From a virus (lineage: Duplodnaviria > Caudoviricetes): a stretch of DNA of 25,787 nucleotides. The notes beneath the pieces were generated by a model. That model was not told the DNA's origin. It did no database searches and saw only the letters and a list, made by a program, of their open reading frames with translations. Position numbers and translations under genes: made by a program. Of the stretch, positions 1 through 7,312 are shown piece by piece (positions within the stretch are counted from its first letter, which is position 1; every line of letters starts with the position of its first letter). Location: positions 1 to 25,787 of IMG/VR virus record IMGVR_UViG_3300030330_001326. One strand, written 5' to 3'.

Positions 1-17
1 TAAGTTATTAATTTATT

Positions 18-55
18 TATATATATTATCAGTTATTAGTTGTATTTAGTTTGTA
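18..55 (-). promoter_or_regulatory. Repeated promoter-like motif, copy 1 (TACAAACTAAATACAA-N8-TGATAATATATATA on minus strand)
   Basis: 18-48 is identical (31 bp) to 340-370 and shares both boxes and spacing with 544-580; points leftward toward a gene outside the window. Confidence 0.6.
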
Positions 56-63
56 TTTTTTAA

Positions 64-255
64 TTATTTAATAAAGTTTATAATAGATTTAGGTAGATCA
101 TTAATATTATAATATATTAAACCATTTATTTGAGTTGAATATTCAATTAATTTGAAGAGTTGTTTATTATTATAAACATCATGATATTTGAAACCAATTA
201 AAGTTTTATTATTTAATTTTAATTTTTTATTAGAAATTTGTTTTGTTTTATACAT
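64..255 (-). CDS. Small hypothetical protein (63 aa), probable early gene
   Basis: ATG ORF downstream of motif copy 2; an open frame in extremely AT-rich DNA; no recognisable motif. Confidence 0.55.
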   Translation of the reverse strand: MYKTKQISNKKLKLNNKTLIGFKYHDVYNNKQLFKLIEYSTQINGLIYYNINDLPKSIINFIK

Positions 256-339
256 AATTATTTATTTTTAATTAATATTTATTTATTTTATTATTTATTA
301 TTTTATAATTTATTTTATTTTTTTTATTTATTTAAATTA

Positions 340-377
340 TATATATATTATCAGTTATTAGTTGTATTTAATCTGTA
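340..377 (-). promoter_or_regulatory. Repeated promoter-like motif, copy 2 (TACAGATTAAATACAA-N8-TGATAATATATATA)
   Basis: Direct repeat of 18-55 with 2 mismatches; upstream of ORF 64-255. Confidence 0.6.
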
Positions 378-392
378 AAATAAAGATCGATC

Positions 393-512
393 TTACCACA
401 TTGGTATGTGAGCAGATGTAGACCATGCATAGTAAGTGCAGATTGCAGAGAAGATTAGGAATGATACAGTTAGTGTAGTAAAGATTAAGATCTCAATTGT
501 TTGTTTTTTCAT
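393..512 (-). CDS. Small membrane peptide, 39 aa (MKKQTIEILIFTTLTVSFLIFSAICTYYAWSTSAHIPMW)
   Basis: Translated by hand (below the ORF-track cutoff); ATG..TAA, basic N-terminus plus hydrophobic helix; ~30 bp downstream of motif copy 3. Confidence 0.65.
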   Translation of the reverse strand: MKKQTIEILIFTTLTVSFLIFSAICTYYAWSTSAHIPMW

Positions 513-543
513 AGTGTATGTGTTTAATTTATAATTTAGTAAC

Positions 544-580
544 ATATATATTATCATTGAAGGATCGTGTTTACTTTGTA
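544..580 (-). promoter_or_regulatory. Repeated promoter-like motif, copy 3 (TACAAAGTAAACACGA-N8-TGATAATATATAT)
   Basis: Same two boxes and same 8-bp spacing as copies 1 and 2, with a different spacer sequence. Confidence 0.6.
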
Positions 581-900
581 GAAAGGAAATGAAATGGAGA
601 GTGGGAAGATAGTAGGGTAAACGCGAAAAGATCTACCGAAGGGTATGGAAAACGCCAAAACGATGGAAGGAAAATGTAAAAAGATCGGGGCCCCGGTAAA
701 ATGAAACGCGTTTCCGTGGGGAAAAGTGTGGTCGAGGGGAGGGGGGAACGCAGTACTCCTCAATATCTAACAATTTTTTTAAAAAAGTGTGACATTAGCC
801 TCATATATATAAAAGTAAGGGCCTATTGTCATGTTTTAGCGGAAAAATTTGCAGGTAAATTTACTAAATTGCATGTAAATAGATAACATGTACACAAAAT
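581..900. other. Non-coding strand-switch region; G/purine-rich with palindromes; candidate genome terminus, packaging or origin region
   Basis: Lies between leftward and rightward gene blocks; perfect palindromes CGGGGCCCCG (686-695) and GAAACGCGTTTC (703-714); G-runs; imperfect inverted repeat 790-831. Confidence 0.5.
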
Positions 901-923
901 AGAAAAACATTAAAACAAAATAT

Positions 924-1204
924 TATGGCTTATAAGCAAAAATCAGAGGATTTAAGTAACATTGCGCGTGAAATGAGAGGTAAAAGCGCTTATGACAGAG
1001 AAATACTACCACCAGGTGGTGACACTACCGGTAAAATAAGTGACGAAGAGTTAGCTGAAATGGCGCATAAATCCGAAGTACAACAAAAGTTTAAACTTCC
1101 AGAGATTGAAATAGACTTAGACAAATCCACAGGGAAACAAACGTCAAAAGTAAATCCATATACAGAATAATTAGTAGAGATATGGCTTATAAGCAAAAAT
1201 CAGA
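924..1204 (+). repeat. 24-bp exact direct repeat TATGGCTTATAAGCAAAAATCAGA at 924-947 and 1181-1204
   Basis: Read directly; spans the start codons of two adjacent paralogous genes. Confidence 0.9.
925..1170 (+). CDS. Hypothetical protein with MAYKQKSEDL N-terminus (81 aa)
   Basis: First rightward ORF; N-terminus shared with the next ORF. Confidence 0.8.
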   Translation: MAYKQKSEDLSNIAREMRGKSAYDREILPPGGDTTGKISDEELAEMAHKSEVQQKFKLPEIEIDLDKSTGKQTSKVNPYTE

Positions 1205-1685
1205 AGACTTAAAGGATGTTGCTAACGCGATGGGTAGTAGATCTACTTATAATAAAAGCGATTGTCCAAATCCGCCCTGTAATACAGGAACACCAATGTC
1301 ACTTGGAGAGGCGTTTAAACAAAAAGAAACTAATAGAACAAATAATACTGTTAATTTAGAAGTAAAAAGCAAAAGTAAAAAGCTTTACAAAGATGGTGAG
1401 ATATATAACGAATCTATAGACTCTAACAAAAAGCTTACTTCAGAAGAAAAGAAAATTGATAGATACGCTAAGAGACACAAGCTTGGTAAATATCAAAAAT
1501 CGGATAACAAGCCTCCGTTTCAAAGTTATGCTTTTAACAAAGCTTTTGGAAACAAAGATAAGTATAGACAAAAGAAAACTGGCGCGAACTTTAAAAACAA
1601 ATTAAAAAAGTTTTTGTATGGAGATCCGGATCCACAACCAACTGGTTCTTGTGGACCACACGGTTGCAGTGCTTACGGTAATTAA
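1182..1685 (+). CDS. Lys-rich hypothetical protein with MAYKQKSEDL N-terminus (167 aa)
   Basis: Paralogous N-terminal ~36 aa; basic C-half; Cys pairs CPNPPC and CGPHGC. Confidence 0.8.
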   Translation: MAYKQKSEDLKDVANAMGSRSTYNKSDCPNPPCNTGTPMSLGEAFKQKETNRTNNTVNLEVKSKSKKLYKDGEIYNESIDSNKKLTSEEKKIDRYAKRHKLGKYQKSDNKPPFQSYAFNKAFGNKDKYRQKKTGANFKNKLKKFLYGDPDPQPTGSCGPHGCSAYGN

Positions 1686-1710
1686 TACAACTTATAAATT
1701 ATTATAGAAA

Positions 1711-2475
1711 ATGGCAATAATATATACATACCCCAGTGGTCCATCACCATTACAAGGTGACGAGTTAATTGTTATATCTGACGTTAATAACAACAACAAC
1801 ACAAAAAATATAACAACTCAAGCTATAGCTGATTTAGATCCAGACAATACATTAGCAGAAGTATTAGCCGCTGGTAATTCAGCTACAAATAATATAGTTT
1901 TAACAGGTAATATAACTTTAACAGGTGCTCAAACAATAAGCACTACTTTAGATGTGACAGGCACTACTACGTTAGGCGTATTGTCTTTATCTAGTATTAG
2001 CGGTGATTGGACAAACACTGGTAATACTATAGCGGATTTAGGTACAGTTACCACAGCAGATATTAATGGTGGTAGTATTGATGGCACGGTTATAGGAGCT
2101 ACTACAGACGCTGCTGGTACATTTACAAATTTAGTTGCCTCAACATTAGATGGCATTGTAGGATCAGTTACTCCTCAAGCAGGAACTTTTACTACATTAA
2201 CAGCCAGTGGAAATTTAACCGTAGATACTAACGTACTACATGTAAATGCTACTTCGGATAATGTTGGTATAGGTACTGCGTCACCAAACGCAGGAGCTAT
2301 ATTAGATGTGCAATCAACTACTAAAGCTTTTAAATTACCTGTAATGAGTACCGCTCAAAGAAATACTCTTTCTAGCACTTATGGAAATGTTAAAGGAATG
2401 CTTGTATATGATGATGATACTAATCAAATGTGGTTGAATAATGGATCAGGATGGCTATCAGTTGATGTATCATAA
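1711..2475 (+). CDS. Fibre/spike-like virion protein (254 aa)
   Basis: G/T/S/N-rich beta-type sequence; LAEVLAAGN; two xGxxTxxAGTFTxL repeats; C-terminal NVGIGTASP..LDVQST..P.M...QR..GMLVYD..W segment typical of Bacteroidota fibre and surface proteins. Confidence 0.7.
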   Translation: MAIIYTYPSGPSPLQGDELIVISDVNNNNNTKNITTQAIADLDPDNTLAEVLAAGNSATNNIVLTGNITLTGAQTISTTLDVTGTTTLGVLSLSSISGDWTNTGNTIADLGTVTTADINGGSIDGTVIGATTDAAGTFTNLVASTLDGIVGSVTPQAGTFTTLTASGNLTVDTNVLHVNATSDNVGIGTASPNAGAILDVQSTTKAFKLPVMSTAQRNTLSSTYGNVKGMLVYDDDTNQMWLNNGSGWLSVDVS

Positions 2476-2487
2476 TTAAAAAATATT

Positions 2488-2540
2488 AACCACAAGTAGT
2501 GGCAACCAGCCGAAAGGCAAACCAATAAAACATAAAACCA
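2488..2540 (+). promoter_or_regulatory. Structured leader: four AACCA boxes at 16-bp period with two short hairpins
   Basis: AACCA at 2488, 2504, 2520, 2536; CCAC-AAGTA-GTGG (2490-2502) and GCC-GAAA-GGC (2509-2518). Confidence 0.35.
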
Positions 2541-2546
2541 AATACT

Positions 2547-2837
2547 ATGACGTTTTATATGAAGACTAGATCGTGGAATAGTCAACCACAATTAAGCGAA
2601 AGAACCATTAACCTATGGAAACATTTAGCAGATAAAGCTAACTGGAGAATAGTACAATTACCAAATGGATTCTATCAAACCGAATACGAAGACATCGACA
2701 ATGAAGGAAAGTGGATCGATGTTACCAGAAGAGAAACTATAACAGGAGCAGAAGCTGCAATTGATGGATCAATAGAGCATTATGCTAAGAAAGTAGAATT
2801 TTCCAACGGACCAAAAGTAGTAAAAACTTTCAAATAA
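2547..2837 (+). CDS. Hypothetical protein (96 aa) upstream of groEL
   Basis: Clean ORF with A-rich leader and globular composition. Confidence 0.8.
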   Translation: MTFYMKTRSWNSQPQLSERTINLWKHLADKANWRIVQLPNGFYQTEYEDIDNEGKWIDVTRRETITGAEAAIDGSIEHYAKKVEFSNGPKVVKTFK

Positions 2838-2860
2838 ACAAATCAATTAAATTTAATTAA

Positions 2861-4417
2861 ATGCAAAATGACTTAATTGTTAAGCACTTGAACTTTGGTT
2901 CAGATGCTCAAGAAAAAGTATTCAATGGAATACAAAAACTCACTAAAGCTGTTAGCTCCACTTTAGGGGCTAGCGGCAAGTGTGTAATACTAGAAGATAA
3001 CACCGGTAACCCAGTTATAACCAAAGATGGTGTAACTGTAGCCGATTCAGTAATACTGTTAGATCCAGTGGAAAACATGGGATCTAAACTACTAAAAGAA
3101 GCAGCTAGAAAAACTGTACGTGAAGCTGGCGATGGTACAACTACAGCTACAGTTTTATCCCATGCTATAATAAAAGAAGCATACAAGCATTTAGATATGC
3201 ATGGGTCTAGAAATATAAAAGAAGGTATTAATTCAGCTGTAGAAAAAGTTGTTGAATACTTAGAAAAAACTTCATCAAAAGTAAGTGGTGATGTTATAGA
3301 ACAAGTGGCAACAATATCAGCAAATAACGATAAAGAACTTGGGAAAATAATAAGTGAAGCTTTTAAAAAAGTAGATGAAACTGGTGTTGTTATAATGGAG
3401 ACTCATGAATTACCAGAAACTAAAGTGGAAAATATAGAGGGTATACAATATGACAAAGGTTTAAAAAACCAGAATTTTATAACTAATCAGGAGAAAGGTA
3501 CAGCTGAACTTAAAAATCCTTTAATACTAATTGTAGAAAATAAAATAGAGAACGTTAGAAAAATACAAGGTGTATTAGAGTATGTTATTAAAAACAATAA
3601 ACCTCTACTGATTATAGCTGATGTAGATTCACAAGTGTTGAACGCGTTGGCTATGAATAAAATTAAAGGTAATATAAAGGTAAATGTAGTTGACGCTCCA
3701 ACGTACGGAATAAACAAAAAGACTATATTAACTGACTTAGCTTTATTAACCGGTGCTACTCTTATAAATGAAGATCTAGGAGATGATATGGATTTAATTC
3801 AACCTGAACAATTAGGTGAATGCCTCAGATCAATAACATCGGCACAAGAGACTATATTGCAGGTAGAAAGTATACCAGAGGAAGCAAACAAACTGATTCA
3901 AACTATTAAAAAGGATATCGCTAAAGAAAGCAATCCTAACGTAATAAATAGATTAGAAAAAAGACTAGCTAGATTATCTGCTAAGGTTGCTATTGTTAAA
4001 GTAGGAGCTAATTCAGAAGTTGAGTTAAAAGAAAAGAAAGATAGAGTTGAAGATGCTATTTGCGCTACAAAAGCCGCGATAAAAGAGGGTATAGTACCAG
4101 GAGGTGGTATAGCTTTATTAAACGCATCGAACACAGTTAAACCAAAATCAATAGGTGAAGAAATACTGTTAAATGCAATTAAAGCACCCTACAAAACTAT
4201 CCTTGAAAATGCTGGTATAGAATATACAGATATGCCAGGTAAAGGTAAAGGATTAAACGTGGTTACAGGAAAAATAGTAAATATGGTAAAATCTGGTATT
4301 ATAGATCCACTCTTAGTTACGAAGAGTGCTCTTAGGAATGCGGCTTCTGTAGCAACTACGATTTTGTCCACTGATTGTGTAATTAATAATCTAAGGGCAG
4401 ATGAAAGCAATAGGTAA
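2861..4417 (+). CDS. groEL: Phage-encoded chaperonin GroEL (Cpn60)
   Basis: ITKDGVTVA, EAGDGTTTATVL, ISANND, KKDRVEDA, EGIVPGGG, GIIDP motifs; no GGM tail. Confidence 0.97.
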   Translation: MQNDLIVKHLNFGSDAQEKVFNGIQKLTKAVSSTLGASGKCVILEDNTGNPVITKDGVTVADSVILLDPVENMGSKLLKEAARKTVREAGDGTTTATVLSHAIIKEAYKHLDMHGSRNIKEGINSAVEKVVEYLEKTSSKVSGDVIEQVATISANNDKELGKIISEAFKKVDETGVVIMETHELPETKVENIEGIQYDKGLKNQNFITNQEKGTAELKNPLILIVENKIENVRKIQGVLEYVIKNNKPLLIIADVDSQVLNALAMNKIKGNIKVNVVDAPTYGINKKTILTDLALLTGATLINEDLGDDMDLIQPEQLGECLRSITSAQETILQVESIPEEANKLIQTIKKDIAKESNPNVINRLEKRLARLSAKVAIVKVGANSEVELKEKKDRVEDAICATKAAIKEGIVPGGGIALLNASNTVKPKSIGEEILLNAIKAPYKTILENAGIEYTDMPGKGKGLNVVTGKIVNMVKSGIIDPLLVTKSALRNAASVATTILSTDCVINNLRADESNR

Positions 4418-4661
4418 GAATATAGTAATAGAAGCTATAAAAGAAAACGGCAAGACAACAAAGGGAGGTTTGTTGCTAGCCGAAACACAAAGAGAAGATA
4501 TAAGATACCGTAAAGGTAAAGTTATACAAACAGGAACTGACGTTGTTGGTGTAAGTAATGAAGATGATATATACTACGATCGACATGCTGGTTTTAAAAT
4601 AGAAATAAAAGATAAGACATACACCGTGATAAAAGAACACGATGTAGTAATAGTCATTTAA
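4401..4661 (+). CDS. groES: Co-chaperonin GroES (Cpn10)
   Basis: 86 aa; mobile loop TKGGLLL, GKVIQTG, C-terminal YTVIKEHDVV; overlaps the groEL stop. Confidence 0.9.
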   Translation: MKAIGKNIVIEAIKENGKTTKGGLLLAETQREDIRYRKGKVIQTGTDVVGVSNEDDIYYDRHAGFKIEIKDKTYTVIKEHDVVIVI

Positions 4662-4671
4662 AAAAATAATT

Positions 4672-5601
4672 ATGAATTTTGCAAAAGGTTTTAAAACTCC
4701 CATGGGTGGACCAATAGAAGACCAAGAAGGTTTAGATGCTATAAAAGAAGAAGGCATTAAGAAAGGTAGAGAAGATGCTAAAAACGCTAGTATAAAAAAC
4801 ACTGTTAATGCTTTGAGTTCAGGAACTGGACCAATGAAGACAGGTGGTTTTGGTAGTAACTTTAGTTTAGGAGCAGGCCCAGCTGGTTCATTTGCTGAGA
4901 GCAGAATTGCTAGTATGAAATCAAATGTCTCTAAAGCAAGAGGTGGTACTGGTATATCTAATCAATATAGTAAAGCAGAGCAAAGATGGAAAGACGCAGG
5001 TGGAGTTGAAATATCACGCACCGGCCACAGCTATGTTAAAGACGGTGTTAGTGATCAATTTGATGTATACTCCCAAAAAGATGGCTCACCTGGAGATGGG
5101 TATACCATGACAAAGAGTGAGTTAAAAAATTTTAAAAAAGATGGACAACTTATGGTTCAAGGATCAGGAGCGATTCCTAAAGCAAAAAATGGTGTTAGTA
5201 TTCACAAAGATACAGGTGGTAACATAATTGAAAATATAGAAGGTACATACGGTAAAACGAGAGATAGAGCCATTATTTATAGACCTACTACTTCTACACA
5301 AAAGCAAAATGTAGGAAGAGAAGTAAAAATAAGAGAAGCTAAACAATTGTCTAGTGCTACACCTTCTTTAAGAACTGAAAACTTAGATGTTGACATTAAA
5401 AAACAAGTTAAACAAGCTGACAAAATAGCTAAGAAAGAAAATAGAAAAAAGAAAAAAGCTGATAAACTAGCAGATAATTCTTTTAAGTCTTATAAAAAAG
5501 AATATAAAGCTAAAAAGAATAAACCTGCTGGAGTTTCTGGATATGGTAAAGTTAAAAACGCTAGGCAATATGCTAAAGCCATGATGAAAAAAAATAAATA
5601 A
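4672..5601 (+). CDS. Gly/Lys-rich hypothetical protein (309 aa), possibly internal virion or DNA-binding
   Basis: Long ORF, low complexity, strongly basic C-terminus. Confidence 0.75.
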   Translation: MNFAKGFKTPMGGPIEDQEGLDAIKEEGIKKGREDAKNASIKNTVNALSSGTGPMKTGGFGSNFSLGAGPAGSFAESRIASMKSNVSKARGGTGISNQYSKAEQRWKDAGGVEISRTGHSYVKDGVSDQFDVYSQKDGSPGDGYTMTKSELKNFKKDGQLMVQGSGAIPKAKNGVSIHKDTGGNIIENIEGTYGKTRDRAIIYRPTTSTQKQNVGREVKIREAKQLSSATPSLRTENLDVDIKKQVKQADKIAKKENRKKKKADKLADNSFKSYKKEYKAKKNKPAGVSGYGKVKNARQYAKAMMKKNK

Positions 5602-5614
5602 GAAGAGGGTATTA

Positions 5615-6076
5615 ATGAGAAAATTAACCTCATCTGATCTAAAAGAATTAAATCTATTAAAACATTATCGTATAATACGTAAATGGGCTTGCAAGACCTG
5701 TAATCTTAATGATGCAGACTTAGAGCTATTAATATATTTAGATGCTTTAGAATTTTTTTCAAAACAAGATTTTAAAACCGGTACTTATTCTTACAGCTGG
5801 GATAACAGGCGCTGGAACAAGTTACTAAAAGAGGGTTGGATAGTTGTTTGGAGAACAAGGAACAGAACCACTCAAAAGTACAATATGTATAAAGTTTCAT
5901 TTAAGTGCAAACAGCTAATAAGTAGAATGTACCGTATTATGTTAGGTGAAGAAGAAATACCAACTTCTACTCAAGCAAATAAAATAATGAAAAGATCTAG
6001 TTATACAGATAAAGTATTAGCTAAGTCTATAGAAAATGTTAATAAAGATAAAAGAATAAGTTATGGGTCTATTTAA
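5615..6076 (+). CDS. Hypothetical protein, possible MarR-like winged-helix DNA-binding protein (153 aa)
   Basis: DLELLIYL ... LLKEGWIV ... YKVSFKCKQLI pattern resembles the MarR helix/wing layout; function inferred. Confidence 0.6.
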   Translation: MRKLTSSDLKELNLLKHYRIIRKWACKTCNLNDADLELLIYLDALEFFSKQDFKTGTYSYSWDNRRWNKLLKEGWIVVWRTRNRTTQKYNMYKVSFKCKQLISRMYRIMLGEEEIPTSTQANKIMKRSSYTDKVLAKSIENVNKDKRISYGSI

Positions 6077-6386
6077 TAGTATAATGAACGTTGGTAAAGC
6101 AGTTGAAGGATTTAAAGACGCTAAGGGCCAAGGATTAGGTGGTAGAATTAGAGGTGTAGTAGACAATATAACTGGTGAAACTCAAGATCAAAAATTAGAT
6201 ATGATAAATGAAAAGTTAGACAACTTAGCCGTAAATAAAGTTAGTAACGGTCCAGTTAAAACATTAAATCCAATACAAGGCAGTGTAGTTAATGATACTA
6301 ACTACAATGCTAATATGAACAAAATAGCCATGAATCTTCCCACTGATGAAGATCCAACACAAGATTTAACTCAACAAACTATATAA
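6063..6386 (+). CDS. Hypothetical protein (107 aa)
   Basis: ORF overlapping the previous stop, in operon context. Confidence 0.7.
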   Translation: MGLFNSIMNVGKAVEGFKDAKGQGLGGRIRGVVDNITGETQDQKLDMINEKLDNLAVNKVSNGPVKTLNPIQGSVVNDTNYNANMNKIAMNLPTDEDPTQDLTQQTI

Positions 6387-6388
6387 TT

Positions 6389-6556
6389 ATGCCAAGTTAC
6401 GGAGAAGCTCAAAAACCCGCTGGAGTAAAAAAAGAATGCGGATGTGGACATTTAGGTACTAGAAGAATGACGTCTAAAAATATGATGATTAAAACTTCTT
6501 TAAAAATAGATAATGTGCCTTATAAAGGTAACGCTGTATTAAACGCTAATAAGTGA
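6389..6556 (+). CDS. Small basic protein, 55 aa (MPSYGEAQKPAGVKKECGCGHLG...)
   Basis: Translated by hand; fills the gap exactly, TGATG coupling to the next ORF. Confidence 0.7.
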   Translation: MPSYGEAQKPAGVKKECGCGHLGTRRMTSKNMMIKTSLKIDNVPYKGNAVLNANK

Positions 6557-6711
6557 TGTGGTCCTTAACTGATCTTAAATTATATTCGTTAAATATAACA
6601 GCTTTTACTTTATCATTAGCAGATATAGGAGATTTGTTGAGAATAGCATTACTAGCAGCTGCTATAGGTTATACTATGTACAAATGGAAAAAGGATGCAA
6701 AAGATGATTGA
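6556..6711 (+). CDS. Small membrane protein, putative holin, 51 aa (MWSLTDLKLYSLNITAFTLSLADIGDLLRIALLAAAIGYTMYKWKKDAKDD)
   Basis: Translated by hand; two hydrophobic segments and a charged C-tail; directly upstream of the putative endolysin. Confidence 0.65.
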   Translation: MWSLTDLKLYSLNITAFTLSLADIGDLLRIALLAAAIGYTMYKWKKDAKDD

Positions 6712-7312
6712 TGTAAACGTACTAAATGTAATTCAAGCTGTAGAAAGTAGAGGTTTTGATGTATTTAAAAACGATACTAAACCATACAACTTAAATATAG
6801 TTGGTATAAGAGCTGCTGAACCTACAACAAATAAATTTAACGACTTAATGTGTGTATTCTGGAAGTATGAAGGACAATGGAATATATACAAAATGCAATG
6901 TACTACTCTACCTGGTTTATATTGGTTAGAAAATCCAATGAACAGTAAAGGTTGCGCTATATTAAAAGAAGGGCAATACAAAGGAGTTTATGAGATAGAC
7001 TTGCATAATGGAAAGTACGAAGCAATCTGCCAGAGATTAGGTCCTGTTACTGTATATCGTGATGATGATAAAGACACTGAATACGATATGCTAGAAGGAA
7101 CAGAGCAAACAGGTATGTTCGGAATAAACCTACACAGAGCTTCTGCTTATAAAGAATTAGATGATGTTGACAAAAATTCAGCTGGTTGTCAAGTAATACA
7201 AGATCCTAATGAATATGAAATTCACATGGAGATCGCAAATAAAGCAGCTGAGATATGGGGTAATAAATTTACCTATACTTTGATTAACGAAAACGATTTA
7301 TACAATGGATAA
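6695..7312 (+). CDS. Putative endolysin with L,D-transpeptidase (YkuD-like) His/Cys catalytic motif
   Basis: GINLH-x14-SAGCQV resembles HX14-17[S/T]HGCh; flanked by membrane-protein genes; true start may be the ATG at 6704. Confidence 0.65.
   Translation: MQKMIDVNVLNVIQAVESRGFDVFKNDTKPYNLNIVGIRAAEPTTNKFNDLMCVFWKYEGQWNIYKMQCTTLPGLYWLENPMNSKGCAILKEGQYKGVYEIDLHNGKYEAICQRLGPVTVYRDDDKDTEYDMLEGTEQTGMFGINLHRASAYKELDDVDKNSAGCQVIQDPNEYEIHMEIANKAAEIWGNKFTYTLINENDLYNG

Noticed and set aside
18-580. Repeat-spacer-repeat pattern as a CRISPR array
   Set aside because: Repeat starts are ~200-320 bp apart, the intervals encode ORFs, and there are no cas genes
554-886. ORFs 554-763 (-) and 701-886 (+)
   Set aside because: They lie in the G-skewed, palindromic strand-switch region; composition reflects the skew, and 554-763 runs over promoter copy 3
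2488-2540. c-di-GMP-I riboswitch (GGCAAACC / GAAA tetraloop resemblance)
   Set aside because: Stems are only 3-4 bp and the second helix/receptor architecture is missing
4925-5110. 61-aa +1-frame ORF inside ORF 4672
   Set aside because: The host gene is Gly/Ser/Lys-rich with few Leu/Ile/Val codons, so +1 stops are rare by chance; no motif or clear codon anomaly
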